From Bacteroidales bacterium (GTDB taxonomy: Bacteria > Bacteroidota > Bacteroidia > Bacteroidales > JAADGE01): DNA of 42,745 nucleotides. Shown one piece after another: positions 1 to 9,678 of the stretch. Position 1 is the first letter of the stretch. Each line of letters starts with the position of its first letter. The stretch covers positions 1 to 42,745 of the forward strand of contig JAOZLS010000001.1 of NCBI GenBank assembly GCA_029934705.1, read 5' to 3'. The notes under the pieces were generated by a model that did not search any database, was not told the origin of the DNA, and saw nothing but the letters and a program-made list of their open reading frames with translations. Position numbers and translations under genes: made by a program.

Positions 1-1488
1 ATTCTAAATAAATTTCACTCTGAATATAAAATTCATGGGAATAAAATAAAAGCATTACACAGAGTAATTGCCAAAGTTGGTAATGCAACATTTTTAACTA
101 ATCTTACAACTGCTGTAGGTTTTGCAACTTTTGTTTTTACAGGAAATCAAGCTTTAATTGAATTTGGTATAATAGCATCGATGAATATTATTGGAGTTTT
201 CATCTTATCAATAACACTTATACCTGTATTTTTCAGCTTTTTAGACGATCCTAAGGAAAGACATATAAAACACTTAGACTACAAAATTGTTGGTAGAATT
301 GTTGAACGCTTTTTATTTATTGTAGTAAACCGCCGTAAATCTGTTTATATAGTTGTTCTAATTCTTACTGTTATCGCTGTTTTCGGTGTTATGAAAATAA
401 AAACACTCGCTTATATTATTGATGACATTCCTGAAGACAACCCCATATATATGGATTTAAAGTTTTTTGAAAAAACAGCTGACGGCGTGCTTCCACTAGA
501 AATCCTTATATCTAAGAAAAACAAAAACGACTCTTTAAGTTACTCCTCTTTTGTTAATATAAATAAATTTGAAGAATCCCTTTCTTCATTTAATGAAATT
601 TCTAAACCTTTATCGCTAATTTCAGCTTTCAAATTTGTAAATCAAGAGTATTATAAAGGCAAGGTTAAATACTATAAATTTCCTGATGCAGTCCAGGCAA
701 AAAGACTATTACCATACTTGAGTAATCTTAATGGTTCTAGTAACAATCTACTTACTTCATTTATAGACAAATCTTATAATACAACACGAATAAGTTTAAG
801 GGTTAAAGATATTGGAACAGGTAAAATGAAAAGCCTAAAAAGTAGCCTTGAGAAAAAACTAAAAGAAATTTTTCCTGAAGAAGATTATTACACTGCAGTA
901 ACAGGTTCAAGTGTGGTATTTGCACAAGGAACAGGGCTTTTAGTAAACAATTTATTTACAAGTCTGTCCCTAGCAATTTTAATTATTGCAATTTTTATGG
1001 CATCAATGTTTTCTTCTTTTAGAATGATTGCTGTGTCATTACTACCAAACATTTTGCCATTAGTATTTACTGCTGCATTAATGGGTTATTTTGATATATA
1101 TATAAAGCCTTCGACAATTCTAGTTTTCAGTATTGCATTTGGTATTTCGGTTGACAATGCAATACATTTTTTATCCAAGTACAGGCAAGAGCTAATGTTT
1201 AATAATTGGAATATTGAGCAATCTGTTATAAACGCTTTAAAAGAGACAGGCGTAAGTATTATTTACACCGCTACAATTTTATTATTTGGTTTTGGTATTT
1301 TTATATTATCCGATTTTGGAGGAACTGTTGCATTAGGACTTTTAGTTTCAATAACATTATTCTTTGCAATGTTTACAAACCTTATATTATTACCGTCGAT
1401 ACTATTAAGCTTAAAAAAAGTAATAACAACTAAAGCTTTTAAAGATAAAATAATTAATTCCGAAGAAAAAGTTATTGAACTAAAATAA
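1..1488 (+). CDS. RND-superfamily exporter (MMPL / COG1033-like), C-terminal part; the 5' end lies outside the window
   Basis: Frame 1 is open from base 1 (ILNKFHSEY...GNATFLTNLTTAVGFATFVFTGNQ...) and runs into the listed ORF, so ATG 181 is internal. Two multi-helix hydrophobic bundles flank a soluble loop of about 200 aa. The second bundle (LAILIIAIFMASMF...SIAFGISVDNAIHF...) matches the MMPL pattern. TAA at 1486-1488. Confidence 0.8.
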   Translation: MLNKFHSEYKIHGNKIKALHRVIAKVGNATFLTNLTTAVGFATFVFTGNQALIEFGIIASMNIIGVFILSITLIPVFFSFLDDPKERHIKHLDYKIVGRIVERFLFIVVNRRKSVYIVVLILTVIAVFGVMKIKTLAYIIDDIPEDNPIYMDLKFFEKTADGVLPLEILISKKNKNDSLSYSSFVNINKFEESLSSFNEISKPLSLISAFKFVNQEYYKGKVKYYKFPDAVQAKRLLPYLSNLNGSSNNLLTSFIDKSYNTTRISLRVKDIGTGKMKSLKSSLEKKLKEIFPEEDYYTAVTGSSVVFAQGTGLLVNNLFTSLSLAILIIAIFMASMFSSFRMIAVSLLPNILPLVFTAALMGYFDIYIKPSTILVFSIAFGISVDNAIHFLSKYRQELMFNNWNIEQSVINALKETGVSIIYTATILLFGFGIFILSDFGGTVALGLLVSITLFFAMFTNLILLPSILLSLKKVITTKAFKDKIINSEEKVIELK

Positions 1489-1500
1489 CATATTCACATT

Positions 1501-1545
1501 AAAAAAAAGCCCGAAAAGTTTATAATTTTTCGGGCTTCTTTTTTT
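1501..1545. terminator. Bidirectional rho-independent terminator between convergent genes
   Basis: Stem agcccgaaaa (1508-1517) pairs with ttttcgggct (1527-1536) around a 9-nt loop. An A8 run lies upstream and a T-rich run downstream, so it works on both strands. Confidence 0.75.
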
Positions 1546-1561
1546 AATAGAGTTATTATGA

Positions 1562-2536
1562 TCAATAACTCCTAACTTTAATTTTCTCAGCTAATTGAAG
1601 CAAAACCGATAGTTGACTTTTATTTACAGAAGTCTGATTTATGTAATTTATAGCTTTTTGATAATATTCATCTATTTTAGAAATAGTAAGTTCTTTAATA
1701 TTTAGCATATCATATATTTCTGTAACTTTCCTCACCTTTGTTTTTCTTTCAATACTATTATCATTCAACAATTTAAATAGTTCTTCTTTTAAATTACTCT
1801 CCAAAAGGTTTATTGCATTTATCATTAAAAACGTTTTTTTTCCTTCTATTATATCTCCACCAATTTGCTTTCCAAAAATATCGGTGTTAGCATAAACATC
1901 TAACAAATCATCTTGAAGTTGAAATGCTATACCTAAATTTAAGCCAAAATTATAAAGCAAGTCGGCATCGGTTGAACTTGCACCACCAATAATAGCTCCA
2001 GCCTTAATAGCCGCTGCAATTAAAACTGATGTTTTTAACTTAATCATAAGCAAATACTCATCAACTGTAACAACATCTCGTGTTTCAAAATTCATGTCAA
2101 ATTGTTGACCCTCGCAAACTTCTAATGCAGTTTTATTAAATAAGCTTAAAACAGGCACAAGCGTTTCTGGTGAAGTTCTTATAATAAAATCATAAGCCTT
2201 AATCATCATCGCATCGCCAGAAAGAATAGCTGTATTAACATCCCATTTTATATGAACAGTTTGATTTCCTCGTCGCAAATTAGAATTATCCATAACATCA
2301 TCGTGCAAAAGAGTGAAGTTATGAAAAACTTCAAAGCCTATTGCGGCATTATACGCCATAGTAACATCACTAGAAAACACATTACATGCAGCAAGCAAAA
2401 GAGCAGGTCGAATACGTTTTCCGCCAATATCTAAAATATATTTCACAGGCTGATATAGTCCTTGCGGTTCGGGCTCAAAATTAATTTCGTTAATTTTGAC
2501 TTCTATAATTTCTTGTAATTTTTTTATTGAATACAT
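1562..2536 (-). CDS. Polyprenyl diphosphate synthase (trans-isoprenyl diphosphate synthase family)
   Basis: Both aspartate-rich motifs are present: LLHDDVMDNSNLRRG (FARM) and FQLQDDLLDV (SARM). 324 aa, with ATG and TGA confirmed. Confidence 0.9.
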   Translation of the reverse strand: MYSIKKLQEIIEVKINEINFEPEPQGLYQPVKYILDIGGKRIRPALLLAACNVFSSDVTMAYNAAIGFEVFHNFTLLHDDVMDNSNLRRGNQTVHIKWDVNTAILSGDAMMIKAYDFIIRTSPETLVPVLSLFNKTALEVCEGQQFDMNFETRDVVTVDEYLLMIKLKTSVLIAAAIKAGAIIGGASSTDADLLYNFGLNLGIAFQLQDDLLDVYANTDIFGKQIGGDIIEGKKTFLMINAINLLESNLKEELFKLLNDNSIERKTKVRKVTEIYDMLNIKELTISKIDEYYQKAINYINQTSVNKSQLSVLLQLAEKIKVRSY

Positions 2537-2697
2537 TTTTGTAATAATTGGAAGTTAGATTAATAAAGACAAAAAAGTTGGATAAAATTAAGGATTATTC
2601 GTTATAAAATAAAATGTAAAGTAAATTTATTGACTAAAAATATTTATTTATGAAATTTAAAGCATAATTTAGCCTTTTAGAAAAACATTAAAACACA

Positions 2698-5166
2698 ATG
2701 AAAGCAATTTCGACAAGTGAAATAGCCACTATTATTAGAGCAAAACTCATAGGAGATAGCGATGCTATAATCGAAAATATTATTATAGATAGCAGAACTG
2801 TTATTTCCGATAAAAAAACTCTTTTTATAGCACTAAGAAGCGAAAGAAACAATGGACATAACTACATAAAAGAACTTTACAGCAAGGGTATTATAAACTT
2901 TTTAGTTAGTGAATTTCACGAAAGCTTTAATAATTACAAAAAAGCAAATTTTATTGTAACAGGAGATAGCTTGAATGCACTTCAGCAACTTGCAAAACAT
3001 TACAGAAATAATTTTAATAACGAAATTATTTCAATTACTGGAAGTAATGGTAAAACGGTAACAAAAGAATGGTTATATCAACTATTAAACTCAAAATACG
3101 ATATAGTCAGAAGCCCGAAAAGTTATAATTCGCAAATAGGAGTAGCATTATCATTAATGCTTTTGGAAAATAAATATAATTTAGCAATTATTGAAGCAGG
3201 AATATCAAAGCCCAATGAGATGGGTACTCTTCAAAAATTAATAGAACCGCATATAGGTATTTTTACAAATATTGGAAATGCTCATCAAAAAAACTTTAGT
3301 TCAATTGAACAAAAAATTACTGAAAAACTAAAATTATTTAAAAATTGTGATAGAATAATTTACTGTTCAGAGAATAAACAAGTTGATAAACTAATAAAAT
3401 CACAATTCTTAAACAAAGAAAAACTATTCACATGGTCAGAAGACAACCGCTCTGATTTACAGATAATTAAACTAATAAAAAGCGATACGAATACCCACAT
3501 AAACTCCCTGTACAATAACTCTGAGTACAATTTAAACATTCCATTTACAGATGATGCTTCAATTGAAAATGCAATTAATTGTTTATCCTATTTAATTGCT
3601 TCAAAAAAAATAAACAACGACATTCTTAAATCGTTCAGTAAACTCTCACCTATTAAAATGCGATTAGAATTAAAAGAAGGTATAAATAATTGCACTTTAA
3701 TTAATGATTACTACAACTCGGATTTAAGTTCGTTAAAAATTGCACTTGATTTTTTAAGCACTCAAAAACAGCACAAAAACAAAACAATAATTTTAACCGA
3801 TATTTTTCAAAGTGGGTTAAAGAAAGATGAACTTTACAAAAAAATTTCAGGAATAATAAATCAGGCAGGTATAAATAAAATAATAGGCATAGGGAAAAAC
3901 ATAAAAAGTAAAAGGGCTTATTTTGACAAAATAACGCAAAAGCTTTTTTTTGATAATAGTGAAAGTTTTATAAAAAGTGCAGCTATAAGTAATTTCAAAA
4001 ACGAAACAATTCTTATAAAAGGCTCAAGAAAATTTGCTCTTGAAAAAATATCTGAAAAATTAATAAAGAAAAGACACCGAACAATTTTAGAAATAAACTT
4101 ATCTGCAATAACAAACAATCTAAATTACTACAAATCAAAACTTTCATTTAAAACCAAAATAATGGTTATGGTTAAGGCATTTTCGTATGGTAGTGGGAGC
4201 TACGAGATAGCAAATCTTTTACAAGAGCAAAAAGTTGATTATTTAGGTGTTGCATTTACCGACGAAGGCGTTAAACTAAGAGAGGCTGGTATTTCGCTTC
4301 CTATAATTGTAATGAACCCTGAACCAAATAGTTTCATAAACATTATTGATTATAAACTAGAACCTGAAATATATAATTTCAACATATTGCATGCCTTTGC
4401 AAAATCAGTGAGTTCTTTATCAGGACAAACAATAAACATTCATATAAAGATTGATACAGGAATGAAACGTTTAGGGTTTTGCGACTTTGAAATCCCAGAT
4501 TTAATTAAAATATTAAAAGAATATAAGCAACTAAGGATAAAGTCGATTTTTTCGCATTTAGCAGGAACAGACGAAGACATACATAATGATTTTACAAATT
4601 CTCAAATAGCAAAATTTGAGGAATTAAGCAACAAAATAAGCGATGAGTTTAATTATAAAATATCACGACATATTCTTAATTCATCGGGGATAGAGCGGTT
4701 CTCTAATGCAGAATACGACATGGTTAGGCTTGGCATTGGCTTGTATGGTTTTAGTCCAAATAATTATAACGAACTGCAAAATGTAAGTACTTTAAAAAGT
4801 ACGATATTACAAATAAAGAATGTTAAAAAAGGAGAATCAATTGGTTATAGCAGAAATTTTATTGCAGAAGAAAATATGAAAATAGCTATAATACCTATAG
4901 GTTATGCCGATGGTTTTAGCAGAAAACTAAGTAATGGGATTGGTAAAGTATTAATTAAAACCAAATTAGCTCCAGTAGTTGGAAATATTTGTATGGACAT
5001 GAGCATGATTGATGTAACAAATATTAATGTAAAAGAGGGAGATAATGTAACTATTTTTGGAAATAAAAACCCTGCATCTGAGATAGCACAAACTCTCGAC
5101 ACAATTTCTTATGAAATTATTACGGGTATTTCTGAAAGAGTAAAAAGAGTGTACTATAAGGAATAA
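2698..5166 (+). CDS. Bifunctional MurF-like Mur ligase / alanine racemase fusion
   Basis: The N-terminal half has the Mur ligase P-loop ITGSNGKTVTKEW. From about nt 4070 onward it is an alanine racemase, with the PLP-lysine context VMVKAFSYGSG (Lys codon 4174-4176) and the C-terminal ICMDMSMIDVT motif. 822 aa. Confidence 0.9.
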   Translation: MKAISTSEIATIIRAKLIGDSDAIIENIIIDSRTVISDKKTLFIALRSERNNGHNYIKELYSKGIINFLVSEFHESFNNYKKANFIVTGDSLNALQQLAKHYRNNFNNEIISITGSNGKTVTKEWLYQLLNSKYDIVRSPKSYNSQIGVALSLMLLENKYNLAIIEAGISKPNEMGTLQKLIEPHIGIFTNIGNAHQKNFSSIEQKITEKLKLFKNCDRIIYCSENKQVDKLIKSQFLNKEKLFTWSEDNRSDLQIIKLIKSDTNTHINSLYNNSEYNLNIPFTDDASIENAINCLSYLIASKKINNDILKSFSKLSPIKMRLELKEGINNCTLINDYYNSDLSSLKIALDFLSTQKQHKNKTIILTDIFQSGLKKDELYKKISGIINQAGINKIIGIGKNIKSKRAYFDKITQKLFFDNSESFIKSAAISNFKNETILIKGSRKFALEKISEKLIKKRHRTILEINLSAITNNLNYYKSKLSFKTKIMVMVKAFSYGSGSYEIANLLQEQKVDYLGVAFTDEGVKLREAGISLPIIVMNPEPNSFINIIDYKLEPEIYNFNILHAFAKSVSSLSGQTINIHIKIDTGMKRLGFCDFEIPDLIKILKEYKQLRIKSIFSHLAGTDEDIHNDFTNSQIAKFEELSNKISDEFNYKISRHILNSSGIERFSNAEYDMVRLGIGLYGFSPNNYNELQNVSTLKSTILQIKNVKKGESIGYSRNFIAEENMKIAIIPIGYADGFSRKLSNGIGKVLIKTKLAPVVGNICMDMSMIDVTNINVKEGDNVTIFGNKNPASEIAQTLDTISYEIITGISERVKRVYYKE

Positions 5167-7044
5167 TTAACTGTCCAAACTTTCATATACAGAATTTTTA
5201 CTATTAAACTCTGGTACGATTTTCTTCATTTGAGCAACAATTTCAAAATTATCGTGATTTCCCAAAGAAACAATTAGCTTATCTATTTTCGGAATAATAT
5301 CTTTCGGATCATATTCACGAACCTTTGCCATCATTATTTTTTCATGTATGGTAGGAAGAGTATTTTCTTTATCATTAAGTAGTTCTTCATAAAGTTTTTC
5401 GCCTGGACGTAGCCCTGTAAATTTAAGATTAATATCTTGTCCTAGTTTTAATCCGTAAATTTTAATCATTTTTTTAGCTAAATCTACTATTTTAACAGAA
5501 CTACCCATATCAAAAATAAATATTTCGCCTCCAGCACCTAATGCTCCGGCTTCAAGCACAAGCTGACAAGCTTCTGGTATAGTCATAAAATAACGAGTAA
5601 CATCAGGATGAGTAACAGTAACTGGACCACCACTCTCTATTTGCTGTCTAAACCTAGGAATTACTGAACCATTTGAACCTAGAACATTTCCAAACCTTGT
5701 AGTAATAAATTTGGTTTTTTTATGATAACAAAGTGTTTGAGTATAAATTTCGGCAATTCTTTTGGATGCCCCCATAACATTTGTGGGATTTACTGCCTTA
5801 TCAGTAGAAATCATTACAAATTTTTGAACATTAAATTCTTGTGATAAATCTGCTATGTTTTTTGTTCCGAGTACATTTGTTAAAACAGCCTCCGAAGGAT
5901 TATTCTCCATCATTGGCACATGTTTATACGCAGCTGCATGAAAAACCAAATCTGGTGCGAATGTTTCAAAAACCTTAGTAACTCTAACTTTATTAGTAAC
6001 ATCCCCAATTACAATTTCAAAATTATAAAAATTATATTTCTCACGCAATTCGAGTTCTAAATCATAAAGGGGTGATTCTGCCTGGTCAAAGATTATTATT
6101 TTCTTGGGATAGTAACCTGTTAATTGCAAAACAATTTCTCGCCCTATTGAACCAGCGGCACCAGTAACAAGTACTGTTTTATTAATAATATCTTTTTTAA
6201 TTTGCTTTTCGTCTAACTTAATAGGTAAACGTTCTAATAAATCTTCAATATTAATATTTCGTATTTGTTTAGTGCTTAATTCACCATTAATCCACTCGCT
6301 AACATCAGGTACTGTAAGGATTTTAACATCATTACTAAAACCTTTCTCAACAATATCTTTTTTTAATTGAGGGTCAATAGCTTTATCGGCAATTAGTATA
6401 TCAGAAACTTGATTTTTCTCAATAAGCATGTCTATTTGAGCAGTATTATAAACAGTTATACCATCTAATTTTTTCTTTGCATCAAAATCATTTGGGTCAA
6501 TAAATGCTAAAACATTGTATTTAACATTCAAATCTCGCATTATGACTCGCTTAGCAGTTATTGCATCTTGAGTTATTCCTATAATTATTATATTTCTTTC
6601 TGATTTGAATAAATCGTTAATTTCAATATACAACGATTTTACAATAAAGCGGAAAGCCGTCATTAAGAAAATACTTATAAAAAAATCTATAAGAATAATT
6701 GAAAATGGAATTATATAAAACTTATTTATAAAATAGTAGCTTATAAGGTTTGCAATAATAAAAAAGGTGTTAGAAATTGTTATTACAACAATTATCCTAA
6801 CAGCGTCCTTTGTACTAGTATATCTTATAATTCCTGCATAAGAGCGTGTTATTATAAAGAGCAAAAACCGAACAATTAGAACAAAAATTATAGAAATGTG
6901 TATGAAATCAAAATTTGGATTTTTAATATCAAAGTTAAATCTTAATAAAAAAGCAAAAACAATAGAAACAGCTGTAATAAGCATATCAATACTTAAAATT
7001 AGCCATCGTGGAGCATACCGCTTTAAATCAAAAAAATCACGCAT
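5167..7044 (-). CDS. Membrane-bound polysaccharide biosynthesis protein, CapD/PglF/WbpM-type NDP-sugar 4,6-dehydratase
   Basis: N-terminal TM helices are followed by the Rossmann motif VLVTGAAGSIGREI, AAAYKHVPMME and MISTDKAVNPTNVMGASKR. Confidence 0.9.
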   Translation of the reverse strand: MRDFFDLKRYAPRWLILSIDMLITAVSIVFAFLLRFNFDIKNPNFDFIHISIIFVLIVRFLLFIITRSYAGIIRYTSTKDAVRIIVVITISNTFFIIANLISYYFINKFYIIPFSIILIDFFISIFLMTAFRFIVKSLYIEINDLFKSERNIIIIGITQDAITAKRVIMRDLNVKYNVLAFIDPNDFDAKKKLDGITVYNTAQIDMLIEKNQVSDILIADKAIDPQLKKDIVEKGFSNDVKILTVPDVSEWINGELSTKQIRNINIEDLLERLPIKLDEKQIKKDIINKTVLVTGAAGSIGREIVLQLTGYYPKKIIIFDQAESPLYDLELELREKYNFYNFEIVIGDVTNKVRVTKVFETFAPDLVFHAAAYKHVPMMENNPSEAVLTNVLGTKNIADLSQEFNVQKFVMISTDKAVNPTNVMGASKRIAEIYTQTLCYHKKTKFITTRFGNVLGSNGSVIPRFRQQIESGGPVTVTHPDVTRYFMTIPEACQLVLEAGALGAGGEIFIFDMGSSVKIVDLAKKMIKIYGLKLGQDINLKFTGLRPGEKLYEELLNDKENTLPTIHEKIMMAKVREYDPKDIIPKIDKLIVSLGNHDNFEIVAQMKKIVPEFNSKNSVYESLDS

Positions 7045-7055
7045 TATATTTATTT

Positions 7056-7619
7056 TTATTCTCTTATTATATTTATCTCCCCGCCTAAACCTATTTTAAT
7101 TATTGACGACGAGCTTGATTCCGACAAATCATCTTGCTTATATTCAACTATATAGTCAATTTCATTTTTTACTTTATCTGAAATTTGACTAAAGTTCAGA
7201 GGGCTTTTCTCACCAGAAATATTTGCCGAAGTTGACACTATCGGCTTTTTAAAACGACTTATTAGTTTTTGACAAAATTCATCGCTTGCAAGCCTTATTC
7301 CAACTGTTCCGTCTTCAGCAATTAAGTTTGATGCTAAATTCTTAGCACCTGGATATATTATTGTTGTTGGTTTTATTGAAACCTCTGCTATATCTAAAGC
7401 AATTTCAGGAACTTCTTCTACATAAGAAAAAATTTTATTTATATTTTCAAGTAAAACTAACATTGATTTAGAGTCTGCTCTTTTTTTTATTTCATATATT
7501 CTTTTAACTGCCTCTGGATTAGCTGCATCACAACCTATTCCCCAAATAGTATCAGTAGGGTAAAGTATTATACCACCTTCTCTTAGAACTGCAACAGCCT
7601 TATTTATATCATCTTTCAT
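7056..7619 (-). CDS. tsaC: L-threonylcarbamoyladenylate synthase (YrdC/Sua5/TsaC family)
   Basis: ILYPTDTIWGIGCDA and VSTSANISGE motifs. 187 aa single-domain form. Confidence 0.85.
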   Translation of the reverse strand: MKDDINKAVAVLREGGIILYPTDTIWGIGCDAANPEAVKRIYEIKKRADSKSMLVLLENINKIFSYVEEVPEIALDIAEVSIKPTTIIYPGAKNLASNLIAEDGTVGIRLASDEFCQKLISRFKKPIVSTSANISGEKSPLNFSQISDKVKNEIDYIVEYKQDDLSESSSSSIIKIGLGGEINIIRE

Positions 7620-7622
7620 AAT

Positions 7623-8735
7623 TTACTTTAAATAAATATTCATTAAGTTACCTGCAACTTTCTCTTCGTGAAAGTCTTGTGCAAATAAATACCCAGCCTC
7701 AACAATATTCTGCCTTTCTTTTGAATCATTATTGAGTTTATTAATTGCTGCTGCCATATCGTCAATACTTTCAGGATCAACATACAAAGAATTCATCCCT
7801 CCTGCTTCACTAAAGCAACCTCCTTTGGTTGTTATTACTGGTATTTTAGAAAACAAGCCTTCAAGTATTGGTATCCCAAAACCCTCGAATAGTGAAGGAT
7901 AAACTAACATATTTGCCTGCTGATAAACTGCGGGCAAATCTTCCATTGGCATATTATTTATTATCAATAATTTATCTTGAATTTTATTTTTTTGAGCATA
8001 AGCTTCTATCTCATCTTGATATTCTGTTTTTCTACCTACAATAATTAATGGCATATCAATATTATGATTGTGTATTGCCTTCAGAATAAGCAAGCTATTT
8101 TTTCGCTTTTCAATAGTTCCAACATTAAGAATAAAATCTACTGGTAAGTTATATTTTTGCGACACATCAATTTTCTTATGAGTATCTACTTCATGGTAAA
8201 AAGATGGGCTACACGACTGGTAAACGACTTCTATTTTTTTCTCATCAATTCCTAAAAAGTTAATTATATCTGTTTTAGTCTGCTCGCTTATTGCAATAAC
8301 AATATCTGCTATTTCGCAAGCATATTTAAACTTTTGATAATAAATTTTTCTATCAATAGGGTTGTACAATTCAGGGTGTCTAATAAAAATTAAATCGTGA
8401 ATTGTAACAATTAGCTTGGCATTCGTTTTATTGACTTTATAAGGTAATTCATTGGTTAAGCCATGATATACATCTATTTTATTTTTTTTAACAGCTTTCA
8501 CCAATTTAAATGTTCGCCAATACGAGTGAAAAACATTATCTATATAACCCTTAGGCTCAACGACTTTTGAATTCTCAGACGCTTTATAATATTTATTATT
8601 CTCGGTACTTGGCGTAAATAATGTATAATTATTCTGAGGAAAATACTTTACCAGAAAATCAATTGAACTTCGGCTATAATTGCCTAATCCACTTAAATTA
8701 TTAAACGCTCTTTTTGCATCAAAACCTATATTCAT
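7623..8735 (-). CDS. GT4-family (GT-B fold) glycosyltransferase
   Basis: E-x7-E region PSLFEGFGIPILEG. The track start at 8744 is a TTG. The first ATG (8733-8735, MNIGFDAKR...) is the more likely start. Confidence 0.85.
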   Translation of the reverse strand: MNIGFDAKRAFNNLSGLGNYSRSSIDFLVKYFPQNNYTLFTPSTENNKYYKASENSKVVEPKGYIDNVFHSYWRTFKLVKAVKKNKIDVYHGLTNELPYKVNKTNAKLIVTIHDLIFIRHPELYNPIDRKIYYQKFKYACEIADIVIAISEQTKTDIINFLGIDEKKIEVVYQSCSPSFYHEVDTHKKIDVSQKYNLPVDFILNVGTIEKRKNSLLILKAIHNHNIDMPLIIVGRKTEYQDEIEAYAQKNKIQDKLLIINNMPMEDLPAVYQQANMLVYPSLFEGFGIPILEGLFSKIPVITTKGGCFSEAGGMNSLYVDPESIDDMAAAINKLNNDSKERQNIVEAGYLFAQDFHEEKVAGNLMNIYLK

Positions 8736-8747
8736 TTTATACAATTT

Positions 8748-9566
8748 TTAGACTGCAACGTTAAAATTACGTAATGCCTCGTTTAAAGATGTTTTTAAAT
8801 CTGTTGATTCTTTCCTTTTTCCTATAATTAATGCTGCTGGAACTTGATATTCGCCTGCATTAAATTGTTTGGTGTAAGTTCCTGGAATAACAACTGAACG
8901 TGCTGGTACAACTCCTATGTACTCGACTGGTTCCGGTCCACTAACATCAATTATTTTTGTTGAATTTGTAATAACAACATTTGCTCCTAAAACGGCCTCT
9001 TTCATTATTCTAACACCTTCAACAACAATACAACGGGAGCCAATAAAACAACCATCTTCAATTATTACTGGTGCTGCTTGTACAGGCTCTAAAACTCCGC
9101 CTATACCGACACCTCCACTTAAATGAACATTTTTACCTATTTGAGCACAAGAACCTACGGTTGCCCATGTATCTACCATAGTTCCGGAATCTACATAAGC
9201 TCCAATATTTATGTAAGAGGGCATCATTACCACTCCTCTAGCAATATAAGCACCATGGCGAGCAACAGCATGAGGCACTACTCTTACTCCTAATTCTTCA
9301 TAACCTTTTTTCAGTGGTATTTTATCGTAAAATTCTAGAACTCCTGCATTTGAGGTTTCCATTTTTTGAGTTGGGAAATATAAAATAACAGCTTTCTTTA
9401 TTAATTCGTTTACATCCCAATCGTTACCATTTGGGGTTGCAACTCTTATTTCTCCTTTATCAAGTAATTCTACTATCTCCGATATTGCATCTATATATAT
9501 TTTTTCAGTAAGAAGACTTCTATCGTCCCAAGCTGCTTCAATAAGTTTTTCGTATTTTTGTGTCAT
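8748..9566 (-). CDS. dapD: 2,3,4,5-tetrahydropyridine-2,6-dicarboxylate N-succinyltransferase
   Basis: Left-handed beta-helix hexapeptide region (MPSYINIGAYVDSGTMVDTWATVGSCAQIGKNVHLSGGVGIGGVLEP). The track start at 9602 is a TTG. ATG at 9564-9566 (MTQKYEKLIEAAW) gives the usual length of about 272 aa, and a -7 box lies inside the TTG extension. Confidence 0.9.
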   Translation of the reverse strand: MTQKYEKLIEAAWDDRSLLTEKIYIDAISEIVELLDKGEIRVATPNGNDWDVNELIKKAVILYFPTQKMETSNAGVLEFYDKIPLKKGYEELGVRVVPHAVARHGAYIARGVVMMPSYINIGAYVDSGTMVDTWATVGSCAQIGKNVHLSGGVGIGGVLEPVQAAPVIIEDGCFIGSRCIVVEGVRIMKEAVLGANVVITNSTKIIDVSGPEPVEYIGVVPARSVVIPGTYTKQFNAGEYQVPAALIIGKRKESTDLKTSLNEALRNFNVAV

Positions 9567-9580
9567 CTCGTTTTTTGCAA

Positions 9581-9588
9581 CAAATTTA
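9581..9588 (-). promoter_or_regulatory. Bacteroidota sigma-A -7 box (TAaaTTTG on the minus strand) for dapD
   Basis: Plus-strand caaattta is TAAATTTG on the minus strand. It ends 14 nt upstream of ATG 9566. Confidence 0.4.
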
Positions 9589-9678
9589 GAAAGATTTATC
9601 AATATTTAACAAATATTGAATATTTAATATGAAAACTGATCATTTTTCTATCTAAATTTTATATTCTTCATGTTTTTC

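Noticed and set aside
5164-5169. Convergent MurF-Alr and CapD genes abut stop-to-stop with zero intergenic bases and no terminator
   Set aside because: The observation is real but probably just compact genome organisation. Nothing further can be inferred without transcript data.
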